From: Lama glama
Lineage: Eukaryota
DNA: 64,000 nucleotides
Direction: 5' to 3'
Assembly (NCBI GenBank): GCA_028534125.1
Contig: CM052818.1
Location: 46,316,001-46,380,000, forward strand
How positions within the stretch are numbered: position 1 is the first letter of the stretch; every line of letters starts with the position of its first letter. This document shows, piece after piece, positions 39,451 through 51,149 of the stretch. The notes under the pieces were generated by a model. The model saw nothing but the letters and a program-made list of their open reading frames with translations. It did no database searches and was not told where the DNA came from. The position numbers were made by a program, and so were the translations under genes.

Positions 39451-40064
39451 GAAAAGGCAAGAGAGAGGGGGAAACACAACAGTGACCAAAAACAACCCTT
39501 CAGCCACACTGTAGATATCCCAAACACACTCAGGCAACAGCAGCGTCGTTTTTCAAATATGTAATCTCACCGGAAACAACACAAAACACGGTCTCCCTTA
39601 AAACTCTGGACAGACAGTACCTGTGAATCTACTATCGCTCCTACAGAGTCAAGGACAGCGTGTGACAAACCAGGAAAAGGAGAAAGGTGAAAGTAGAGAA
39701 CTGGCAGCCGAGCGCAAGGTCCTAACTACAGGACTTTGCTGGACTCCCAGACACACCTGTGTGAGAACCAACCCTGGACCATATGAGAAACAGCTAAGCC
39801 CCGACCCTGAATAAATGCAGAGCACACCACGGCTGCCAAACCACAACCGACACCTTCACCCTCCGCCCTGAGCTCCTCTAAACCCCTTTACTACTCGGTA
39901 ATTAGAACACGGGCTGAGGGCGTCATCCCCTCAGCTAAACTCTAAAAACCAATTCATGATAACGACAGTACAATAATTACAAAGCCCATTTAAAAAGCAC
40001 CTTACAGAGTCACTCATTCACTCACTCCAAAACACAATTAACTATGACACTCTTACCATCAAGC

Positions 40065-40530
40065 CTGGAATTCCTAGCCTGAATTTAGGGGGTCCATAAA
40101 CTCAGACTGGAAAAAAGAATTACATCTGTATTTCATTAGCCTCTACTTGAAATTTAGCATTTTCTTCAATTATGACTATAAGCAACACACCATGGTAGTG
40201 TTAGCAGTACCTGTGACTCCAACAAAAGATGCATGAATATAACTTCAGAGTCGTTAGAAATAGCTCCCAATATTGCTTATAATCCATCAGTACCTCAAAT
40301 TAAAGTAGTTATTAGACCCATTATCAATTCGTGATTATTTAATACTTTAGTAAAGAAACATGTATTAGTATGACAGAGATTTTTCAAATATTTCTCTAAC
40401 TGTATTTCAATACATTTGGTTCTCTTTGAGATCCTATGTATTTTACTGGACTCATTAAAACACCTTTCTGAAAAGGGGTCTACCACCTTCACCACGGTAC
40501 CAAGGCACAAAAAAAAAGGGCGAAGAGGAT
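40065..40530 (+). mobile_element. Charlie4a-like hAT DNA transposon derivative
   Basis: gggggtccataaactcagactggaaaaaagaattacatct...gaaatttagcatt...agcagtacctgtgact...aactgtatttcaata...aaggggtc. Confidence 0.75.
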
Positions 40531-41229
40531 AAACACTAACTGCACACAAAAGATGAGAAAATATGTGCTTTATGGGGAAGGCGTTCGTCCTGGCCACTTC
40601 TACATCCCTGGCACCTGGCAGTGACAATATATTGGCAGGTGCCCATACACATTAATGAATCAATAAGCCCCACACAACCAAATACAAACAAAAATCCAGC
40701 CCAAGCATCCCAGCCCTGGTTGATGGCCCATTTATTCCACATCGTTCACATGAGAAGATGATAACAGAAGTACCCAGAAAGGCCCTGGCAACACGGTAAG
40801 GCCACAGAACACAGGCAGTGTGAGCAAAGGGGGGGAATTCAACATCTCTCTCCAGCGGGAAAGAGGAGTGTTTGGGGAGCTGACTGGGGACAGCACCCCA
40901 GGCATCTGAGACAGCCAAGGAAGTCATCTGCCATCATCTGCCCACAAGCAGCAGGAGAAGCAAACACACCCCCCGGCCCCTGTCTACACGACTCTGCTTA
41001 ATCTCCCCCGATTGGCGTCTGCTGAAAACAAAGTGAGTGTTTACCAATGGTCTCAACGCAAGTTCACTAGCGAGTCGTGCTGAGCGGCCCATCACTGGCC
41101 GGGATACGGACACTAAGTAGCACCAGAGAGTGTCAGTTTTGCCGTGGGGGCCCCGCGAGGTCCACTCTTCAGGGCCCTGAGTGAACCGAGCTTGGCCTTT
41201 GCCTCCACTGGGGCAGGAAGCCTGTTCTG

Positions 41230-41800
41230 TCCACCTCACCCCCTGCACACACGACAGTCTGTCAGTACAGAGGGTCTCCACTGGACCCCGCATCACCCCC
41301 ACCTCTGCCACAGCATCCCAGACCCTTGTGCCTGGACGGCCCCTGGCCCCAACCAGTCTCCCTCTTTTCTCTCATGCCCTGCTCTGCTCTTGTCCCTGCA
41401 ACAACCACCGTGAAATGTTTAACATGGAGATCAGATCACAGTACTCCTTGCTCGAACCCTCCAATAGCTCCCCACCACGTGAGAACAAAATCCATTCTTT
41501 CCCAAGACCAACAAGGCCTTGTGTGATCTGGCACTGCCCGGCCCTCACCCCTCCCACACCCACTTCTCTCCTCCATCACTGGCCCTCTTTTGGCCCTAAA
41601 CGCATCTTGGGGCCCCTTCCCATGCTGCTCGTTCCTGGCTGGCCTCCTCACCGTGTCCTGGGCTCTGCTCTGATGTCACCTCTTCAGAGAGGCCTTTCCT
41701 GATTCCAGTTTCCTGCTCTCCAAAGTCACATTTTACTCCTATATTCTGTGTAACTTTCTTCAGGGCGCTTATCCTACCTGACGTTACAGGACGTTTACTG
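41230..41800 (+). mobile_element. L2 LINE fragment
   Basis: atcagatcacagtactccttgctcgaaccctccaatagctccc...gatgtcacctcttcagagaggcctttcctga. Confidence 0.75.
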
Positions 41801-41829
41801 CAGAGACTGTCGACTCTATTTGGGGAGCA

Positions 41830-41976
41830 GCCTTAAGAAAAGCCAGTGCTCCAGGACCCACCCAAACCAATTAAGTCAGAATTTCAGGGAGTGGGCCAGG
41901 CATCTCTATTTTACAACACGCACCCTGCGCCCCGCCCCCGCCGCCAAGTGATTCCAATGTGCAGCCAGGGTTCACA
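41830..41976. mobile_element. MER5A-like hAT MITE
   Basis: cccacccaaaccaattaagtcagaatttcagggagtgggccaggcatc...gtgattccaatgtgcagccagggtt. Confidence 0.7.
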
Positions 41977-41984
41977 GTCTAGAA

Positions 41985-42147
41985 CAGTGCTTCTTAAACT
42001 TAAATGTGCATGAGCACCTGTAGATGTTATTAAAACATAGATTCTGATTCCCAGGATCTAAGGTGCGATCTGAAATTCTGCTTTTCTAACAAGGCCCCGG
42101 GTGACACCAGTGCTGCTGGTCAGTGGACCCTCCTTTGAGCCGCAAGG
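41985..42147 (-). mobile_element. MER5A1-like hAT MITE with 8-bp TSD
   Basis: cagtgcttcttaaactt...gctgctggtcagtggaccctcctttgagccgcaagg, flanked by gtctagaa (41977-41984) and gtctaaaa (42148-42155). Confidence 0.8.
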
Positions 42148-42155
42148 GTCTAAAA

Positions 42156-42280
42156 CAGCATTGTCCAGCAGAATTTCCTGCAGTGATGAAGATGTTCTCA
42201 ACCTACACTGTCCAAGACACACATGGCTCCTGAGCACTTGAAATGTGGCCAGGGCAGCTGGAAAACTGAGTTTTTAACCT
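42156..42280 (+). mobile_element. MER3-like hAT MITE
   Basis: cagcattgtccagcagaatttcctgcagtgatgaagatgttct...tgagcacttgaaatgtggcc. Confidence 0.8.
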
Positions 42281-43919
42281 CAGGCTACACTACAGGAGAG
42301 TGCAGTCCTGGAATATATGTCCTCCACGAAGAAGAGCTCCAGGCTAGAAATGTGGGGGGTGAGAGAAGAAGCAAGGATGACTCCAAATTCTTGGCCTGAG
42401 CAGCCCTCCGTGGACCGGCTATGAAAATCCAACCAGAGGCCTAGCTGGCCACCTCAGGAATAGGTCAGTATTGACCTAAGGCAGGAAGCCAGGGGCAAAA
42501 GACCACACTGTGGTAACCCACAGATGACTCCCTGGACTTCAAGCCTCAATCACTCATCATCACGCGAGGCCCTCCTAACCAGGCACACCTGGCCACTCCC
42601 GTCCCAGCGCAGCCATGATTCTGGGCAATCCTGCGGTCACAGCCTCACAACACTTTATTGCACTGGTCTGTTCATAGGATGTCTGTCTCTCCCACTAAGC
42701 TGCAGGTCGTTTCAAAGATAGGACTCGTTCTTCTTGGTATCCTAGTTCCACTTCCCAGCGCACAGCAGGACTTAACAAACACTGAATGAATGACAGGGCC
42801 TGGAACCCACCAGCGGCAGCGTTAGTACTTTCACTGTTAATCGTAGGAGAGAGAAATTGAATGGGGGGTCGGGGAGAATGGAGATCACATAACAAGAATC
42901 ATTCCCTATTTAAGTGACTCAAAAATTTCCACATACCTATATCTGGATTTCAAAACACAGCATAAAGAGGTGGCCCCGTCTGACCCACAGGGGCTCGTTT
43001 CCGAAAATAAGAAAGGACTGGGCAAATAGGTGATGTCCTTTGGGCAATAAATACAAAGTCTGTTAGTCTGGGATTTGGAAGAGCTGTTTTTTTAAATAAG
43101 TCACAAAGGGCTAAGATTCAGAATCACATTCTTGCCTAAAAAGTATGTTGGCCAGGTTCCCACTGCAACTGCTGGGAGGGGCGTCTGGCCCCAAGGACAG
43201 CAAGGCCCCCGGGAGTCTGAGCAGCCCAGATGCTCACCCTACTCCTGCAGTTAGAACCCTGTGCTTGTGACAGCAATGAGATTTCCAAGGCGACCAAGGA
43301 CAACAGAGTGGAGAATTATGGCCTGGAAGGAAGTAGATTTAATTTTAATACTTACAAGCCAACATCAAATAATTTTTAAAACTACGTATCTGACAAAGCC
43401 AAGTAAGCAAAGCAGAAAGGATGGTGCTCTGGAGGAGGGTCAACTATAAATAAGGATAGTCCATGTATGTATACAATTTTTCCCTGTTTTGAGAATATTT
43501 CAACGTGACCACAGACTCAAAGAAAACAGAAATAAACCCCCTCCAAAAAGGGGGAGAAAAAAAAGCTCACTTCTCAGATTCAGCCACAACTACTTATTTT
43601 TTCCATTATTTCCAAAAAAACACAGGGCAGATTCCAGCTGATGTACCAGACTTTGCTGAAATTGTGCAAAACAATTACTTCACCATGACAGAGTGATCAC
43701 CAAGTGAACATTTTAAAACACAGCTATGTGCTGACCTGCCGCCCAGACAACAGACTGGTTAAAAAATAAGCAAGAGCTATCCGATCTATAGGAATTCTTC
43801 ATTCACTTACTCTCTCAGCCACTTCCCCAACCCTCCCACCCACCCATGTAAATCTCGTCTTGGGGCCAAACGCCCTCATCAGGTTCTCTGAACTCACTAT
43901 CTGTTAAAGCAGTTAGCAG

Positions 43920-44300
43920 TTATTAAACCAGGTATTATGCTGTGTTAATACAGTAAACCCTCAGCACAACCCTCTGAAGCAGACAGGTACTGTTATCCAG
44001 ACTTTAAAGCTGAGGAAGTAGAAGAAATGTTATTTATCTCACCCAACTTCACACAATTGGCAAGTGGTGGAGTCTGAACTTGAACCCAGGTCTACCCAAC
44101 AAAGTAGTAATTTAGAGAATTCAGCATTATTCAAAGTAACAGAAAGCAGGAGTATTTCTGAAAGACGCACAGAGCTAAGGTCAAATTCCAGCTCTTCAAC
44201 GTACTAGTTCTGTAACCTTGAGCAAATTAACCTCTCTGAGCCTCAATTTCCTCATGTGTGAATCAGGGGTGAGGAATAAACACAATAGATGTGAGGTTCA
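43920..44300. mobile_element. Two MIR SINEs in opposite orientation (- about 43920-44100; + about 44160-44300)
   Basis: cacaaccctctgaag...ttgaacccaggtct and ttaacctctctgagcctcaatttcctcatgtgtgaa. Confidence 0.65.
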
Positions 44301-45426
44301 TACTACAGAAAAGGGACCCGTTAGCCACCAAGAGTCCAGCTACAGGTGTGCATATCAAAAAAAAGAAGTGCATTTCGGTTGTAGAATGATTTTTAGCAAA
44401 CATAACCAATCTTGGAAATAACAGGTTCACAAAGGTTAATCCGTTTAAAATTAGTTTACTAAATTCCATGACACATTTGTGTGAACACAGGACCAAGGAC
44501 TTGCAAATTTTAAAATGATTTGTTAAATGAATAACTTTATGTCACAAAATCCACCCTCATGTCTCATTTCAGTATGAAGAACAGGTATTTATTTAAAATC
44601 AAAATATAAGAGCATCACTTGTTAATAAAACCATACATATATGGTACAAGTTTTGGTAATGAGCATGAACATTAAACACCCTGAAAAAGAGCATTATTTA
44701 AAGGAAGCCACAGTGATTCCACTCAGAAAGCAAATACCTTTCAAATTTAGTGCTCTCCTAAATCCAAGTTGACATGGACCGCTACCTTAGTATGTACACT
44801 GGATGTGTGTAAAGTGAGACAGAACTGTAATGATTTTAATTTTTTCATTTTTGAGACTTTAATCAATTCTTGTGCTTAGATGGTAACATGAAGCAAGCTT
44901 GCTGTTTAATAAAATGACCAAATCCAGTCTCTCTTTAATCTGCTCAGTAACTGAGCTCCAGGGTAATCTCCTGCACAGCACACAAAAAGAGCTTTGGAAT
45001 TATACACTGTGAACTAAAATTAATCAGGAAAGGGTCTGCCAATTTTAATAGCAATTCCTATTTGCCTAGCTTTCCAACATCTGCCAGTGTTAATAATATT
45101 TAAATGACAACCTGCAATGGGAAAAAGAAACAGCTTTAAACACAATTAAGCTTTCTTTTTAAGGCATCATCTACAAAGCTTCCTTCCCTTAAGATATTCA
45201 GCTACCTTTTGGGTTGCAATCATTCCATAAACACAGTGTATTTTCAAAACACGGTAAAATTCTCTTCTTCTTTCCAGCCAGCACTTCTGAAAAAAACTTC
45301 TTACGCTGATCCCCATCTGCCTCATTTGAAGGCATCGTTTTTAAGCCTTGCTGGTTCAAGTGGAACGAAGTGATGTGGGATCACAGAGCTCACTACAAAA
45401 GGTTTACATGCAATCTCTCTTCTACC

Positions 45427-45485
45427 AAAAAAAAAAAAAAAAAAGGTGGAGGAGAGGAAGAGGGAGGGAGGGAGGGAGGGAGGGG
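45427..45485 (+). repeat. A18 run followed by a purine tract with (GGGA)5GGGG
   Basis: Directly visible. Six G-tracts with 1-nt loops at 45462-45485. Confidence 0.95.
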
Positions 45486-46757
45486 TGCCTTAGGTATACC
45501 TAAAACATGCAGAATGCTGAATCTGCTACTTTTGATTTAGCCTATTATTGACTGTTTATGTCCCAAAGAAAAAAATCTCCATTAAGGGTTTTTTTTCCCC
45601 AAGCAATTCCTAACAGCAGCTGCTTTGTTCAAGTGGGCAAAAAAATGAATGCCACTGCTTAATTTAAAGCTCTCTGGTGACTTCCCCTCACTCACTCTAG
45701 CCGTCATCTAAAATACCTACTATACCAGATTTTAAGAACGTAAGGACATTGTGACCAAGAGGTATTGAATCACCGACTCAATATTGGCACACGTGTGGCT
45801 TGGAAAGCAGTTACCTATTATGAGCCAGCACTTGACACACGGTATCTTTGACCCTTAAAATCACCCTGGAAAGGATGCACTGCTAGTCCAGTCTGATGGG
45901 TAAGGAAAATGAGGGCAAAGAGGTAAGAAGCTGCCCCAAACCACAGTCAGCGGTAGCCCTGGACTCACAAAACTCTGCCCTTTCGTCGCATGCTGCTTTG
46001 ATTGTCACCTAAGCTAGCTGGTTCCTAAGTGCTCTCTCCGCAGGATGTGGAGGGCTTACTAGTTAGCACCAGACACGATGACTTTGCACCTTAACTAAAA
46101 TCAGGCCTTTTCTAGGCTGATGGGGGAAGGGAGGCGTCCAGGGCGCGAGCAGGTAAGACACACATCAGAAGTAGGGGAGAGCAAAGGCCTCTCGATCAGA
46201 AGCCCGCTCCTCCCCGGGCGCGGAGTGGGACGGGTCAGGCCTTCCTGGCTAAGGTGTGCACACCCTTCCTGGGCAGCCGAGGACCCTCGGATCCGCCCGA
46301 GAGTCTGCAGAGCGGGACTCAGGGCGCCGGGCCAGCCGCCGGCAGGGGCACTTGTACAAGTTGGGAGGTGGGCGCAGGGGGACCGATGGCGAGCCGACGA
46401 CCCTGGTCCCGGCTCACCGCCCGCCCCGACTCTTGGGCCAAAGTTGGCCACACGGAGGGTGGGGATCGCCCGGGCCCAGCGAGGGAAGGAGGGAGGGAAG
46501 GGGTCCTAAAAACGCCCAAGGTAGCCAGCCAGCAGCCATCTCCTCCGAGCCACCTACACGGAACAAAGGGCTTCTGTTTCGGGCAGGGCTCGCCCGGCCG
46601 CGTCCGGATTCGGCGGAAAAGAAACTTTTCCGAGGATGCGGGAGCCGGGGGCCGAGGCCCGAGGGGACCAGCGGGGCGCGGCGGGGGTGCGGGGCGCGGC
46701 GCTACCTGCCGCCGGAGCCGCCCGTCCGCCCGGCGAGGCCCGCCCCGCGCAGCTCAC

Positions 46758-46883
46758 CTCCTCGATGGCCGCCACCGTGTTCCGGCACTGCGCCGTGCGC
46801 GTGGTGAAGCTCGAGGCCGTGGGCGCCTTGTAGTCCTCATGGGTCTCGGCCACGAATTCCGACACGGAGATCTGGTCCGGCAT
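46758..46883 (-). CDS. ASAP2: ASAP2 coding exon 1 (N-terminal 42 aa, leading into the BAR domain)
   Basis: Translates to MPDQISVSEFVAETHEDYKAPTASSFTTRTAQCRNTVAAIEE, which matches the mammalian ASAP2 N-terminus as I recall it. It is 126 nt long and ends at the donor GAG|GTGAGC (phase 0). The ATG has G at -3. An in-frame TGA at 46928-46926 excludes a long N-terminal extension. Confidence 0.97.
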
Positions 46884-47250
46884 CGCCTCAGCGCGCGGGC
46901 AGCCGGCCGCAGGGGAGCCGCCGCCTCAGCCGCCGCGCGGGCTCCGACCGGCAGCTCGGACGCCGCCGCCGCCCTCGCCGCGCCCGCCGCTCGCCGCTCG
47001 CCCGGCCCGCGGACAAAGGGAAGCGCCGGGGCGCGGGCCGCCGCCGCGGGAGCCGCACCAGCCGCCGCAGGGCGCAGGTCGGCTGCCCGCGCGGCCCGGC
47101 GGCGGGAGCAGGGGCCGCGCGCGCAGCCCCGCGCAGCTCGGGCCCGGCCCGTCCGCCCGCCGCGCCGAGGGCTCCGCCGCCGCCTGCCCTCTCGAGCGAG
47201 CCCCGAGGCGGAGGCGCACAGCCGGCGGGAACTGCCCGCCACCCAGCCGC
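46884..47250 (-). other. ASAP2: GC-rich 5' UTR of ASAP2 exon 1 (upstream limit approximate)
   Basis: Very GC-rich with no upstream ATG on the minus strand. It lies between the start codon and the GC-box/CCAAT cluster. The TSS cannot be fixed from sequence. Confidence 0.6.
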
Positions 47251-47269
47251 CGGCCCCGAACGACTCCCG

Positions 47270-47400
47270 CGGAGAGGGGCGGGTCCGGGCCGGGGGCGGC
47301 GGCCGGCCGGGCGCGGGGCGGGGCGGCGCGGAGGGCAGGGCCGCCAATCCGCGCGCTCGCCGCCGCCGCCGCCGCCGCCGGGAAGCTGAGCCTGCAGGAA
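47270..47400 (-). promoter_or_regulatory. TATA-less proximal promoter with Sp/KLF GC boxes and a CCAAT box
   Basis: GGGGCGGG at 47276-47283, GGGGCGGGGC at 47315-47324 and CCAAT at 47344-47348 (+ strand). No TATA box seen. Confidence 0.65.
47358..47380. repeat. (CGC)n/(GCG)n trinucleotide repeat, about 7.7 units
   Basis: Uninterrupted cgccgccgccgccgccgccgccg. Confidence 0.95.
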
Positions 47401-47834
47401 GGAAGGCGGCGCGCTCCCCGGCCCGCCGAGCCGCTCTCCCGCCGCCGCGCGCCGCATTGTCTCTGCGTTCGGGGCCCCGCCGCGCGCCGGAGTTCGAGGG
47501 CGCGCCCCGCCGGGCATGCCTGGCAGGCAGGGCCGCGTCCGACCCTCCCGGAACGGCCCGGGCCCCGACTCCCACCCGGGGTCCGCCAGCGCGCGCGCAG
47601 GGTGTGCTCGTCACCTCCCGGGCCGAGCTGTTGTTCACCCCTTTCGTCCCTACCCCACCCCGGGCTTGGAACCTTTCTTGGTGTCCCCCTAAACCGCCGA
47701 GAATGCCCGTCCAGGAGCGGGAGAAAGTATGAGGAGCTCGCCCCCTACAGGACAACGCGCTCCACCCGGCAGCTGCCTCCCGCGCCCCACGGGCAGCAGC
47801 CGCCCGCCCGCCCGCAGGGTTGGGGTTCGGTAAC

Positions 47835-48010
47835 AGTAACCAGAAATGACCACAGAGTGAGTGCTTTTTTGCACTACGTACTGTGTCACCCAATCCTCAC
47901 AACCTTCCGAGGCGGGGAAAGAGATGGTTATTTATTTTACAGAGAAGACAAACAGTGCTCCCAAGAGTACACAGTCAATGGCCCAGTGGGGGTTCAAATC
48001 CACAGCCCAA
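47835..48010 (-). mobile_element. MIR SINE at the CpG island edge
   Basis: aatcctcacaaccttccgagg...ttattttacagagaaga...cacagtcaatggc...ggttcaaatcc. Confidence 0.55.
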
Positions 48011-49557
48011 TGATTGAGAAGAGAATAGAGTGCTTACCGGACGCTGGTAAATGTCCCAGTCGCGTTTCCTATGCTTTTCCCTTCAATTATCGGTCATTGT
48101 CGGTTAGCTGGAAATAGTTTTAGGGTACTAATCCAGGACCCTCTCTGAGAAGGTAAGAATACCCTGAAATGATATTCCTGGAAGTGGAGGAAACCCGGGG
48201 AGCGTGTGAAAGAATCGGGAGAACCAGCTTTTTCTTACGGTTTCAGAGAGAACATGCAACAAGAGGGGGCAAATCTCATACATAACTGGCCCAGGAAAGA
48301 GTTTGAGTTAGCACAGATTTTCACTGAACAGCCCTGAAGGAAATTCCTAGTTATTTTTAAAAATCCAGAAGCTCTGAAGACACTAGTCAAATAAAATCAC
48401 ACCGCATAACTCTATACCAGGCATATGGCATGGTTTCTGGAGCTGCCAGCAATAAAACCAAGAGAAACTTTACAAAAACCTTTTGTGCATCTGAATAGGA
48501 GGAAGTGTGAGAGACACTGGAAATGGAATATGTCAGACAAAGCAGTCTCCTGACACTGCAGGACAGTGGACCAGTCAAACAATCTTTTTTAAGCTCCCAT
48601 GTAAGAACTTGCTATGTGAGGTGGCAGCATGGGTCAGACATTATGTATGGCTTTTGGTATTTTAGTAGCATTGCATATGAAATTTTGCTTTCTGAAATAA
48701 CTGTATTATTGAATAGCTTTTATAGCTGAACTAGGCAATAAGTTACCGTTTTTAAAACTGTAGCATCTCTGCTTCGAATTCCCCCTTTATGTTTTTTCAC
48801 CGTTTTGGTGTCTTTGGTGGTTTCCTGTGTTTGCAACTTTCTCCGATTCGAGTCTTGTAGATATTATCTGTATAATCGCATCCTCTCCTCCACCAGGCAG
48901 ATTCTGTTCCCTCCTAGCTAGTTTTCCAGCTACAGTTTTGTTGTTCTTCTTAGTAGACATTGGAGAATAAGTTTTCAGATCTTGATTTATAGAGGACTAG
49001 TATCTATCAGGCTATGATTTAAGAAGAGAAAGCAGTGTTTGTCCTTGGCATCTGGTACAGACTGATCAAGACTTCTACAAGGACAAAGTTAAGCTTGGTG
49101 CACTCTATTATCTCTTTAGGTGCAGTTACCGTTTTTGTCTTTGTTTTTTGTTTTTGTAGTTTAATAGTGCTTTTCAGGTACAGAAGACTTTAGTAGCTAG
49201 TAGCCACAAAAATAAAATTGCAAAACTGCATTGCATCATACAAGTGGATGAGAAGACTGGTGGAAAGCAATTCATTACCAAGTCCATTGCAGGGAGAATT
49301 TCTGGGACCAAACCACCAAAGCAATTTACTCCTCCAGCCATCCCTGAGAATCTCAGAAACCCTTGCCAAGCACAAAAGCCCAGAGTTAAAGCAAGAGCAG
49401 AGCAAAACGTAGCTAATGCATCTGAGATTAATATAGCAAGAATGAGTAGTTTCCAACAGATACTTAAGTTGAATGTGTATCAGGAAATCCTTATAGACAC
49501 ACACACTTTTTTTTTGATTCATAAAGAGAAGAATGTGCTGGGATAGTCATGCCATTA

Positions 49558-49875
49558 CTGGACCATACTCACTTCTCAGAATCTAAATAGCTCTGAAAAT
49601 CTAAAGTTTAAGAGAAAAGCTCTTTTAGTGGTAAAATTGACCTGAAATAAACTGACAGGAGGCTATCTGCAGTCTTGTTTATCCCACTTCATATGAATAT
49701 TTATGCTTTGCTACAAAATACAAATTTGCTTGCTTATGGAGTATTGTTCCAGGTCCCACTGGGGCAGATTCAGAATATCTAGTGTATATGCTGTATTAAC
49801 TTTCTAAAATCCGAGAAATTCTGACTACTATACACGTCTGAGCCCAAGGGTTTCAGATAAGAGGTTGTAGGCTTG
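49558..49875 (-). mobile_element. MER46C-like TcMar-Tigger MITE
   Basis: tttatcccactt...tgaatattt...ctttctaaaatccgagaaattctga...cccaagggtttcagataagaggttgtaggcttg. TA dinucleotides flank it at 49556-49557 and 49876-49877. Confidence 0.75.
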
Positions 49876-50472
49876 TATCATTCAAAAAGAAAAAAAAAAA
49901 AAAAGAAAAGAAACATGGTGTTGCAGACTTGTCATTTCTAGGAAAGAGGAAAGAAACGCCTCTCAAAATAACATTGTCAGCAGCCCATTGAGATTGGCCA
50001 ACAGCCCATTTTCTGAAGGAATTCCCAGTAGTTCTCAAACACCTGAAATTTTTCACTCTCAAATCAAGGTTTAAAATATGTTCTTAACTCTGAAATTTGC
50101 TAGAGGGTTAGCTGGCTTAACATAAGACTTAGCCATTTCACTTGCTATTAATTTGTAAATGGTTACTCTTGAAGAGACCTGTGCCTTTAAAGACCTATGG
50201 TGAACAGTGTCATTCAACAGAAAAACAAGAAGAAACAACCCTATTGAAGTGAACAAGTACCCATAAGCAGAAGTTTCATTTCCACACTTAACCATACTCT
50301 TCCCAAAACAGTGTTGCTGAAGGGACCCATTTATCCCGAAAGTGAGAGCAGTTTGAATCCACTTATCATGGTGATCTCACTATAGCACTTTAGGGGGGGA
50401 AATTAGCATGCAGAAACTATTTAACAAATGAAAACTTAGGTTTTCATGTCTGCTTTGCTTCTCTGTGATTTT

Positions 50473-50704
50473 TATATGTACTTTTTTTTTCTATTGAAGT
50501 ATAGTCAGTTTACAATGTGTCAATTTCTGGTGTATAGCATAATGCTTTAGTCATATAGGAACCTACATATATTCGTTTTCATATTTTTCACCATAAGTTA
50601 CTACAAGATATTGAATATAGTTCCCTGTGCTATACTGTATGAACTTGTTGTTTATCTACTTTATGTATATTAGTATCTGCAAATCTCAAACTTCCAGTTT
50701 ATCC
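50473..50704 (-). mobile_element. Young 5'-truncated L1 3' end with perfect 15-bp TSD, inserted into a MIR
   Basis: A T-rich tail, then attgaagtatagtcagtttacaatg...gatattgaatatagttccctgtgctatac. TSD cttctctgtgatttt at 50458-50472 and 50705-50719. The MIR core resumes at 50720. Confidence 0.93.
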
Positions 50705-51149
50705 CTTCTCTGTGATTTTGAATAAGTAAATTAACCTCCCTGGACTCAGTTAGCTCATTTGTAAAATGAAAGAAGCTGGACTAGCTTATTTAGAAGGCTC
50801 CTTCCTGGGCTGGCATCCCATGACTTCATGATCCATGTTTCACGTTAGTTTGGGCACGAATGGGAAATTGCCACAAGGGCCGTTTTACTATCGAGAATCG
50901 AATCATTGGTCCTAGACACTCGAGAATAAGCCTGTTCTCAGGACATTTAGGGCTAATTTGGAGGAATGTTGTCATTTTGTTAAGCTGGTGGGTTTAGATG
51001 ACAGACTGATGTATTCATAGCTAACTTTACAGTAGGATACAGTAGGATACAGTGTGTTCATTTTGTTGTTGTTTTAACAAAGCACTTTCTATAGAGGATA
51101 CTCTGATTGCTGAACTGCAAGATAGTTCTAGATAAATGAGGTATAATGT

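Larger units (their letters stand above)
1..46757 (-). other. ASAP2: ASAP2 intron 1 (continues beyond window start)
   Basis: Begins GTGAG at 46757. I did not find sequence encoding the expected next residues (ALDVDRMVLYKMKK...) by eye or in the ORF track. The region is repeat-rich and non-coding. Confidence 0.85.
46130..47830. promoter_or_regulatory. CpG island spanning the ASAP2 promoter and exon 1
   Basis: Abrupt rise in G+C and CpG density (cgcgcg, ccgccg runs) relative to both flanks. Confidence 0.95.

Noticed and set aside
46554..46757. Continuation of the ASAP2 ORF to 109 aa (VSCAGRASPGG...)
   Set aside because: Read-through into the intron past the canonical GAG|GTGAG donor. Similarity to ASAP2 stops at ...AAIEE.
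46254..47732. 492-aa plus-strand ORF, plus overlapping 379-aa and 209-aa minus-strand ORFs
   Set aside because: Ala/Arg/Gly/Pro-rich low-complexity translations of the CpG island, where stop codons are rare. They have no recognisable domain and overlap the real ASAP2 exon.
48741..49136. 13-bp direct repeat agttaccgttttt 383 bp apart, a possible TSD
   Set aside because: No poly(A/T) tail at either inner boundary and no recognisable element between the copies. One such match in 64 kb is plausible by chance.
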